A stretch of DNA of 20,000 bases from Hydrurus foetidus. Its lineage: Eukaryota. The position numbers and the translations under genes are program-made. Positions within the stretch are counted from its first letter, which is position 1. Each line of letters opens with the position of its first letter. The notes beneath the pieces were generated by a model that saw only the letters and a program-made list of their open reading frames with translations, searched no databases and had not been told where the DNA came from. Where the stretch lies: NCBI GenBank assembly GCA_900617105.1, contig UYFQ01000479.1, forward strand, positions 44,423 to 64,422, read 5' to 3'. Positions 11,205 to 20,000 of the stretch are shown here, one piece after another.

Positions 11205-12714
11205 CACATAGACACTGACATTTTTCCTGTTCTTTTTCGTTATTTCTTGGAAGAAAGAGTACCTGTGACGTGATGTTCACTGATTTGTGATGGCTTAACA
11301 GTGGACTAAATCACCAATAAATTCGAGCCTTGATCTACTGGTAGAAATGTCGAAAGAGGAATTCAAAGTCAGCTCCAAAGAAATCAACTCAACAAAAAGT
11401 CACAAAAGAATTCATGATCAATCTTCAAGATCAGCAGAGGAAGCACAGAGACCACAGCGTAATTTTGCATTTGAAAATAGAGAATAGAAAATCGCAATAG
11501 AAACCGAATAACTCTTGTTATACAAAAGAAATTTAGTAATTACTTTTCTTTTATATTACATCAATTGAACCCGATGGTTAAATTAAAAACAGATTCAATA
11601 CAGCGAACAGTATTGTAATTTGTTACACTCACAGCTCCTGCTGAAGTCAGCTGACGTATTCGCTTGTCTTTACAACATTCATTCGCCCTGTTTGATTTTG
11701 AGGCCTCGCAGTTTACGTCAGATACCAATAATAAGATATATCAACATTTCTGAAAGATTTGTCCCCTCATTTCCTGTGAGATTTTTTAGTGGGCTTAACA
11801 TAGATAGATTCAGTCTGCCCTTTTTCTTCCCTTCCATCGGGCGAAAATTGTTTGGCATCCTCAGATGTGGAACGTCTTGTCAGAGAATGTTCCTGTTTCT
11901 GAGATTCAGCTGCACTGGATGATCTGCGTGAAAGAATTTCCGCATACAACTCAACGTAGTAAGTCGGAGTAAACGTTACTTCCACTTTCATGAAATCGTC
12001 GAAATCGGACTGAATTTCCAACTTTTCCTCATCTGAACTTGCCAGACTCAACAGTAGTACATGCTCCTCAATTCTCTGCAGATTATGGTAGTGATGTCAA
12101 TCGCTAAGAAGATTTACTGCATGCACAATGTTTGATTACCTGTTCCCTATGTGCCAGTGCGAGTTGGTACACATTTGTCGCATGGTTTGACTTTCTGTAT
12201 GCCACGTCCATGGCGCGGATCTCCCTCTGTAATTCAACATGACGCTGTTGTTTTCTGTCAGATCTCTGCAATTTGGTTGTTATTCTACGAGATTCTTCCA
12301 GCTCCCTTTTATCGACCTCCAATTTCCGCAGTGCCTGAGTCCTTTTGCGGCGTTTGGCTTGCTCTTCAGTCAGCTTTCTAGAGTCATACTCTGGCGACTC
12401 AAATTCATCCATATCCTCCATTTGTCAGTCACTGGGCAGCAATAGATTGATTTGAGTTATGCTCCATGTTCACCATACCACGTCAAACAATCCTTTGAAA
12501 ATTGTGCACTCGAAAAACTAGAAAAATGTCATCGGGAGTCATCGTGAGGCTAACCCTTATGACGCCTACGGATTACCGATTTTCTGTTTTCTCCCACAAG
12601 GCCGTGTGCAGCAACCATTGCAGTCGAATTGACAGCAAGTAATAATCTTGAGCCATCTGAAGGTTTCGGTCAGATGTTTATCAGCGTTGTCCAGCAAAAA
12701 ACCGAGGTACAGTA
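11205..12714. repeat. Segmental duplication, copy 2, block A
   Basis: Direct homology to about 9070-10392, with an extra ~185 bp at about 11330-11514. Homology ends at the TA preceding the TIR at 12715. Confidence 0.88.
11767..12421 (-). CDS. Hypothetical 196-aa charged/coiled-coil protein. Exons 12421-12140 and 12075-11767
   Basis: ORFs 12104-12421 and 11767-12051 are joined in phase 0 by a 64-nt intron (12076-12139, GTAATC...CTGCAG). The intron position is conserved in the paralog at 9465-10117. Basic NLS-like KRRKR and a K/R-rich tail are present. Confidence 0.65.
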
Positions 12715-12742
12715 CCGTCGAGTGCCATATGTTTTGTATTTG
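12715..12742 (+). repeat. Putative left TIR CCGTCGAGTGCCATATGTTTTGTATTTG, preceded by TA
   Basis: The identical 28-mer plus preceding TA recurs at 14982-15011. TA followed by CCGT/CAGT is typical of pogo-like ends. Confidence 0.65.
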
Positions 12743-13098
12743 GACCGGTCGTTTGACATTTTTTCGTCGTTCTTTCACATAGTGGAACATAATATACTGA
12801 CGAATGTCTTCCACCACAACTCAGTCAATATTGCACGACCATCAACTCTGAGCATTACTGCTGGTTTGACTCATTAGTAGCTAGTGCACTGGCAAATTTT
12901 TATTGGGATCCTGGCAACAAAGCTCGTAAACTCCGCGCTTGCAGATTTGCATCAAATCTTTCATCGTAAACTTGACGGTCGATTCTGATGGAACCACAAA
13001 CGATGAGTAAGTTCTGAGCATTGCAGTCAAACGATAAAAGTGCTTTACAATCATTTGATCATTGCAATTCAGACGCCCCTTAAAGTAAAGCTTACATA

Positions 13099-14494
13099 AT
13101 GTCCAGGCAAAAAGAAGGGCAAAACAAAGGACTATCAGCTATCTGCTGACTATTGCGCCTTCATGGTCGCTAGTATACTAGCTAGATATGACTCGAAGTT
13201 GATAGGAAATGATATTCAATGGACAGCTTCAGAGCTCTGTGAGAAATTGAACAAATCCCTCCCGAAAAATTCAGCTACGAAAGCTGATCTCTTTGTGGAT
13301 ACAGTTGCATTATCTCATGGGTTGTCATTATTCCAGAAGCAACTAAATAAAATGGGCCTCGATGCCATAATAGTATCGACTAAATCTAAGTCTGTTCCTG
13401 ACTTCTTCGATCTTACTGGCGCTCAGAGAACAATAGAAATCAAATTTAGTAATTACGACAATAGTAGCCGTCCTGAATTAGAACCTTTTGCAGACCTGAT
13501 GGCTAGAATGGTTCAGATAAGGAATTTTCTTTTTCTAAAGATTAATTACGAACCCTCTCCTCACTCATCTCCTCCTTCTGTGTTCGGCAATCTGTTCTAC
13601 CCAGTGTTGTTAAAATTACTCAAGAAAAGTACGGACAAAAAAACCCGTACCGTACGTAAATCACCCTCAAAACTCCGACAGAGAGCAATCAATCTAAGTG
13701 CAAATAAACTGGTCAATTCGATAAGAAGAGAAATTTGGTGAGAAGGACTGTTTATTTTACTTACAGTCTGCAATAAAAGTAGCAGTTGTAAGAAAAATTA
13801 AGTATGATGAAATGCTCACTAATAGCACACATGATGAAATAGAAAATGAAATTAGGGAGGAAGAAGATTCAGAAGAAGAACAAGAAGAAAAGGAAATAGC
13901 GAATATGATAACTGAAGATTTTGAAAATGATGAAAGAATAATTAAGGCATTTACTGACCTCCCGAGAAAATATGTATTGTTCGGTGACGAAGATCGTAAG
14001 AATGTTATTGAACTCTTCGAAATAGTGCGTGAAATCGCAATAAATTGCGACTATAAAGACGCCGACTTTGTTTCATCTTCAGTTGTTGCAAAGTTATTAT
14101 CACAAGTACCGTATTACTCTCAAATTTCTGAGCGTACCATGAGGCGATGGTATACCTTAAGAACCAATACTGACAAGAAACCTGGTCGCAAAATAGATGA
14201 GTCATTTGAATCTGAAATATGGGGCAATTTGATGATGTGTGTGATCGAGAAAAATGCAGATGAGGTTAGTAAAAAATTCATCAAACTTTAATCATAAATT
14301 TAATACATAATTGACGATTTTACATTTGTGTATTTAATAGGATAAAAAAAAGGATGTCAGAGTTATTTTCAATGTTACATACTCATATCAAATAGTGGGA
14401 ACAGCTGCAAGAGATGTACAAGCAAGAGAAATTTGGGCGAGTAATGAGGAAATACAAAATATGAAATTTACAAATAAATGGATAAAAGCTGTCC
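13099..14494 (+). pseudogene. Decayed, truncated transposase-like gene. Frameshifts near 13102 and 13724, intron 14265-14340, cut at about 14494
   Basis: ATG-t-CCA gives MPGKKKGK after removing one base and leads into ORF 13163. ORF 13812 extends upstream in frame to 13725. The HTH-like SERTMRRWY...KPGRKIDESFESEIW and, after the intron, MKFTNKWIKA resemble the CENP-B/Tc5-type HTH ending (F.aS.gW). Confidence 0.6.
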
Positions 14495-14702
14495 AACACA
14501 TCATTCTCTCTCCCGAGTTACTGAACGCGGCGACCCTATTGACCGCTCGATTGTGACCATTAAGGTAGGAGACTTCTCCAACACCAATCAGGCCTCGTCG
14601 GGACGATTCGTAATCCCAGAGACTCACAGCTGTGGTTTTGTCCTCGCTGCACGAGATGATTGCACCGGATGTTGTGGACAAACCCAGAATCGCCCCCTCA
14701 TG
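14495..14702 (-). pseudogene. Degenerate WD40 fragment, copy 2 (inverted block B)
   Basis: Reverse complement of 10707-10914; the peptide is the same except GHNRAV versus GHSRAV. Confidence 0.65.
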
Positions 14703-14983
14703 TCTTGATTTTTTTCATTGATGGTCGCAGTTGGAAGGTCTGGATGAAGATAATTTATACGAGCTACCGTGACAGTTACCCATCCTTCTCAGAGGACGGC
14801 AATGCCCTTCGATTGCAATTGCATGACGCTGACGGATAAAATGTCGTCGTAGGCAATATCAGTCGATATCTACGAGTAAAGAGTAAAGTGAGTAGTGAGT
14901 AGGGAACACAACTGAAACCGGTACCCGCACTGGATTCGAAATAGATGCAGAATTCAATTCGATTAAAATGTTCATACTTTATA

Positions 14984-15011
14984 CCGTCGAGTGCCATATG
15001 TTTTGTATTTG
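14984..15011 (+). repeat. Second TIR copy (inferred right TIR flipped by an inversion)
   Basis: Identical to 12715-12742, TA-flanked, same orientation, next to inverted block B. Confidence 0.6.
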
Positions 15012-15316
15012 ACTTGTATGGTGTGGGGTAAAAATAGGTCGTTAGAGCACATTTACACATCATCGCAGTATTCATCGACAGTAGCAGCTCATCTACCTTC
15101 CATACATCATAACTGAATCAATAATTGGAGTCGTCCGCTGATTTTTTTCCGAGCTTCATCTTTGATATCTGGTTGTTGGTTGCAGGCTGTGAGTCAGACT
15201 GTGGAGTGAAGCGAGCTACCTGTTGGCTGCGGAAGCGCAAAGGAAAGACTGGCTGATGGAAGTGGTCTCGGAAGACGTGTTTACTTACAACGATCAAGTA
15301 GTAAAACAACTGGCGA

Positions 15317-15695
15317 TGATATCAGAGAAGACAACCATCAAAGAAGCAAAGCAAAGCATCCATTGTGCATGAAATGGTGATCGCCGAAGTGGAAACATAT
15401 TCAGCGAATATTCAAGTTGGCGATTGAGCAATGGGCGGAACCCTCGCTGCTCATGAAATCGGATGCTTGGTGGAAACCGGATACCTGGTGGAAATCCGGA
15501 TGCTTGGTGGTGAAAAACCGGATGCTTGGTGATGGCCCCGAAGGGGGATATCGCTAGAAGAACGATGAGCGTATGTACACAACAGTGTATGGCGGTGTTT
15601 TGGGTGAGGAAGCGCTACACTACTTGTGACATGTGAATGCTAATCTACAGATGAAACTATGCTAACAGATCATGCATGAATATGCTGGACTGACA
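15317..15695 (-). repeat. Putative 3' LTR (about 376-379 bp)
   Basis: The minus strand reads PPT CTACGGGGAG then TGTCAG at 15695. The candidate end ...CTGATA(TCA) at 15317-15325 is an imperfect inverse of TGTCAG. It cannot be confirmed without the 5' LTR. Confidence 0.55.
15455..15531. repeat. Four degenerate ~18-22 bp tandem repeats (GAAA(T/C)CGGATGCTTGGTG) inside the putative LTR
   Basis: CGGATGCTTGGTG occurs three times and CGGATACCTGGTG once. Confidence 0.85.
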
Positions 15696-15705
15696 CTCCC
15701 CGTAG
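15696..15705 (-). promoter_or_regulatory. Polypurine tract (plus-strand primer site)
   Basis: ACGGGGAG lies immediately 5' of TG on the element strand, about 200 nt after the pol stop. Confidence 0.65.
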
Positions 15706-15902
15706 TGAAGATGTAGCTGAACGTGTTATTGAGAGTATCGAAATGAATGATATGTGTATATATACTCCCCGTACTGAGGATGTACTCCCCGTACGAGAGA
15801 TTTGGCAAAAAGTGTAAAAAGTTAGTTATAATATATGCGTGCACTCATATAAGATAGTAAAATTAGTACGTATGTTAGAAATATGGATATTAAGTATTTA
15901 TG

Positions 15903-18900
15903 TTATTTAATATTAGTTCGTAAAGACTTGTCAACGAGCCTGTGCGTTAGGTATTCGAAAAGTGGTAGTGGAACTCTTTTCGTACCTATGTCTGAGTTGT
16001 TTTCGCCCGAAGGGATTTTAACAATGACACAGGTACCATCGGCGACTTTGTCCTTAAAGTAGTTTTCGCTCAGGTCAATGTGACGAAGGTTCTTGGTCAT
16101 GTGTGTATGATTTGAAGCATCAACACAAGCAGAATTGTCTTCTTCGATGACTGTAGGAGCTTGTGTCCATCCCATGTGGTTTAGTATGCCCCGGAGGGGA
16201 ATGACATCGGATTTTAGTGCGTGATTAACTGCCTTGATTTCGGATTCTGCAGTTGATGATGAGATGCTGCCTTGGTCGGTACTCTTCCAGCAGATGACAT
16301 TGTCGGCGAGGTAGCCAATGTAGGAGGTCTGGGAGTGACGGTTGTCTTTGTTACCGGCGAGGTCGGCGTCGCATTGGAACTTCAACTGCAGTAGACTGGT
16401 CATCGTAGCGATGTCGGTGGGACCGTCGTGTGTGGTGAATTTCAGTCTATCCATCTTGGCGTACTTGACATATCGAAGTAAGTGCTTAAGAAACTTGATG
16501 TGTCGTGCACCTGGACTGTTACTATATCTGGATAGTATGTTGAGAGCGTACATGATTGTGATCAATGTGTGTACCATTCCGTACATAAGTTGACCAACTA
16601 CCCGTCGGTAGGGATACTTATTATACATGTGCCTATCGAGATCGGTAGAGTTGTCCGCCTTGGACAGACTCTCACCAGAAGGTGGATATGGTAGATGCTC
16701 ATCGGCGGCGCCAGCAAGGTTGGCCTCCGATACGATGGATGTGATCATGCGTGACTGATCCATGTAATAGTTGAAGTTTGCATCGCATGTAATGCGGATG
16801 CCGACGAACTCTTTGGAGGTCGCGTCGGTGACTTCATACTTGTGGGAGTTGAATGTAGCGATGAGGAGATCCCATTCGCTAATGAGTGCAAGTGGTCCGA
16901 ACCATCTGAAGTCGTCTGAGTGTGCTATCAGTATCAGGGGTTGACCTTGGACCCACTTAAAGAAGAACTTTAAGTCCCACGGTGTGTTTTCGTATCCACA
17001 TTCGCGTACACATTTGTCGAATTCCTTTGAGAAATTCTGGCCAGCTGGTGGAAAACCGTATAGGTTGCCAATGGCTTGAAAGCATGTGCCAAAAGGTGTG
17101 GTGTAACCTTGAGGTGTCTTGATGTGAACGGGAAAGTCGGGGTCGGGGTTAGCGAGTGTGATTAAGTAGGCGCCTACTAAATCTCCTCCCCGCATGGATA
17201 ATTTGTAGGTTGCGGCTATGACGAGTGCAATCTTGATCGATGACGCATTGACATTACCGCAGTATACTGCGTAGGGGTCGAAGTCGACCCAGGGTATCAT
17301 GAGATCACCACGACCTACGAGGCGGGCCTTCTTGGTGCCGTCAGTCTTGATACTGAAGAGCCACATCATTGGTACGAGGTGCTGTCCGGTGAAGGGAACA
17401 GACCGGAAGCAGTTGTTGACTTCAAACTTAGTTCGCTCAGTGTTGATGGCCTGTTCCCACTCGGGGTACTGCATTGCGGTCCAGAAGTCTTTGGGGATGT
17501 AGGGATCCTTGATTTGGACTGCTATGTTGTAGTGCAGGACACGGAAGAGGTGAACAGGAAAGCATGTGGAAGAACTGGTGTAGGTGGACCAGTATATCAT
17601 GTCATCGTTGACTGAGTGCTCTGTCTCAGCGACAGGGGTTATATAGTCGGGGTCGATAAGGGGTGCAGGTGAGGGGAGGCCGGGTAGGTCGACTCGCTCA
17701 GGCACCACAATAGGGTCATTATTATTATCAGTATAGTAGAGGGACGGGATGAGGGCGAAGGCCTCGTCGGTAGGGAAGTGTGCATCTGAGTCATGCTTGA
17801 AGTTGTTGTGCATGTCGAAGATGACATCCTTACTGACTCGAACAGTACCGTAGGTGTTCTTGGGTAGTATTTCTAATACTAAATATTGTGGTACTAGTAT
17901 AGATGTAAAACTATAACCAACGAACCGAGCACGGTAGGCACGAGGTGACCCAACTTTACTTTTCTGATCTTTGGGTGCGTGCTTGACATAGCAGGGTGCC
18001 CAGAATGGTCGAAGCATCCTGATGTCCACGTGTTGCCCAGAAGTGAAGTGATACGGAGAAGTACCAATACGCTTGTTAAGGTTAAAGGAATGAGTAACAC
18101 ATGCATAGGACATTGCAAGGTCCCAGAACTTCATTGGCACATGCGGAACAGGGGTTATCATGGCAACGTTGGTCTTGAGAGCTACAATGCCGACTGCTCG
18201 CTCAGCGATGCCGTTGGCATGTTTGTCACGAGGTGCAGTGTGCTCAAGTCGGTATCGGTATCGGGCGCAAAGCGCAGTAAATTCTTCAGATCGGTAGTTG
18301 GCCTCTGGGTCATGCCGGATGAAGCGATCAACCCCAGGGGTATTGTGGTTCCATTGGGGGTTAGGTCGAAGAAGGCTGCAATGCGGGCACAGAGTTCAGA
18401 GGCGGACCGGTCTTTTGTATATACAGGATAGTATTGTCCCGACGCGAGGTCGGTGAGGATGTGAGTGTAACGGTAGTTACGGAATGATGGAGTCGAGTGG
18501 GTATAGGCATCCAAGGAGAACTGCTGGCCGACGAGGGTAGTTGTGTCTCTGTGGATGCGACGATAGTCTGTGGATGCTTGACGCATGGCGCCATGGGCGC
18601 ATCCAGGACAGACCGGACGGGAGGTGTGTGCATCTTTGGTGGTGAAGCGAGCATTGAGGGAATGATCGCGGTGCCATGCCATGCCTGGAAGACCGGGGTG
18701 GCCTGTGGCTTGATGCACGTGGTCGTACAGTGAAGCGGGAGTATAGTGTGTGACCAAAAGACTCTCCCGAGTGGTTGGTCAGTAGGGAGTCTCCACGTAG
18801 AGGCCGTCTTGGACGGTTCCACGGGTGACCTCCTTTCCATGCTGAGCTACCAGTGCAATGTAGGGAAGGGCTGATGCAGTCTCATAGAAGCGGAAGTCTT

Positions 18901-20000
18901 TATGAGTGAAGATGCCGATGAAGTGGTCGTTGGTGACACCGCCAGCGCAGAACTGGGAGACAGAGACAAGGGTGCTGTCGCCTAGTGCAGGGAGAAGGAG
19001 GGTGCTAAGCTCCAACGGTCCGAGGCTGCCTTGGTGTGTTGGTGTCATGGACGGACCGAATGCAGGGGTGACTGTGACGGATGTGCTGACAGGTTCAATG
19101 CTGGTAAGACGTTGGGAGCGGCCAGTGCCAGAGCGTGAAGCACCAGAGTCGAAGATGACTTTGTCGGGGACGTGGAACGAGTTGAGTCTCTCATGTTGGG
19201 ACTTGACGACGAATGTGTTGAGCTTTGAGTCGGAGGTACCGCCGGATGGTGCAGGAGGGCGAGCTGATGCAAGCGGAGGGCGAGTACTGTTGAAGGCATG
19301 TCGGACATTTGTCGAGCGTTGAGATCCGACTGGTGGAGTCATTCGGTGGCGCTGGGCACGAGGCATAGTGAAAGGCGAGTCGGATGCAAGTGGTTGCGCG
19401 GCTTGCCAACGTTTGAGTGACCCGGTAAGAGGGTCAGAGGGTGTCGATGGAACAGGTGGTAACGGAGTATTGAACTCCGGAAGCGAAGGGGGAATCGATG
19501 TGGACGGTGAGGCGGAAGAGGATGCTGACGAGGACGAGGTGGTGTCTTGACGCTTAGTGTCCCCTTGAGCCTGGTCGTTCTGGAATGCGATGCCGCGCTT
19601 CCTGGCGTTGTACCGCTGAAGTTCCATAGATGCGTCCGGTGGTACCCATGGGGATGCGTCTGATGGAGGGACCATGAGACGTGTGACGGCTCCATGTAGG
19701 TAGTTGACATAAGAGAGGGCGCATCGAGGGCCACTGATGTTATGTGTTGGACAGGACATGTTGTACGGGAGGAAACAGATGGAGTCTTCGACAGAGGACT
19801 CTGAATCACTCTCATAGTTCCGCAAAGTATATCGTTTGCGTATGTTCTGTGGGGCAGTAGATGCTGCGAGGTCCCTGGCGAGAGATACTGTGCGGTAGTG
19901 TGACTCGGTGGGTTCAACAGGATCGGGTCCGACGAAGAGGCTGTTGGGTGTAACATGAAATGCGTCGGGTAGGACATGCTGGATTACGACTCGAATAAGC
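15903..20000 (-). pseudogene. pol: copia gag-pol polyprotein (5'-truncated), interrupted by an in-frame TGA at 18779-18781 and a 1-nt frameshift at about 18361
   Basis: PR: VIFDSGAS (D at 19148-19150) and GLY. IN: HQATGH...CPGC zinc finger, FSLDAY, RHD-x35-E (NGIAER). RT: KARLVGRG, GDLVGAYL, LYGFPPAG, AHSDD. RH: CDADLAG, STAESE, EDNSAC, HIDL, DIGTK. The frame is open from 19999 to the TGA. Confidence 0.92.

Larger units (their letters stand above)
12715..14494 (+). mobile_element. pogo/Tc1-mariner-like DNA transposon, left part (TIR plus 5' part of transposase)
   Basis: Begins TA|CCGTCGAG exactly where duplication homology breaks and contains an HTH-bearing transposase-like relic. No DDE domain is visible in the window. 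Confidence 0.6.
15317..20000 (-). mobile_element. Ty1/copia LTR retrotransposon; 5' end lies outside the window
   Basis: Domain order PR-IN-RT-RNaseH is diagnostic of copia, followed by a PPT and a TG-starting putative LTR. The left boundary is uncertain. Confidence 0.95.

Noticed and set aside
15056..15309. Acidic transposase C-terminal tail on the minus strand
   Set aside because: Multiple stops in all frames and no recognisable motif; compatible with the inversion model but not supportable as a CDS.
15536..15547. C(UUCG)G-like hairpin on the element strand, or a terminator
   Set aside because: Only a 3-4 bp stem, no U-tract, and not meaningful as a terminator in a eukaryotic LTR.
19339..19977. 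212-aa alternative-frame ORF and other overlapping ORFs in the copia (18361-18840, 17979-18431, 18906-19322)
   Set aside because: Shadow frames of GC-rich gag-pol with no motifs.

Overview
Eukaryotic genomic DNA with short GT-AG introns, probably a protist or alga (taxon not determinable from the sequence). Left half: the 3' part of a spliced tyrosinase-like di-copper gene (1-1740), then a large 8-exon hypothetical gene (2641-8774) in which one splice acceptor is quadruplicated by a perfect 46-bp tandem repeat. Middle (about 9070-15300): a tandemly duplicated unit of roughly 2 kb carrying a small two-exon minus-strand gene and a degenerate WD40 fragment. The second copy is interrupted by a pogo/Tc1-like DNA transposon (28-bp TIR, TA target, decayed intron-containing transposase), and part of it appears inverted, so both TIRs now face the same way. 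Right end (about 15317-20000): a minus-strand Ty1/copia LTR retrotransposon (PR-IN-RT-RH, putative 3' LTR) with an unusual HSDD RT motif, three PPT-like motifs, one in-frame TGA and one frameshift. I cannot support a wholly new biological system; the best leads are the divergent copia RT, the nested TE and inversion architecture, and the splice-site tandem repeat. All family calls come from motifs read by eye, with no database searches.
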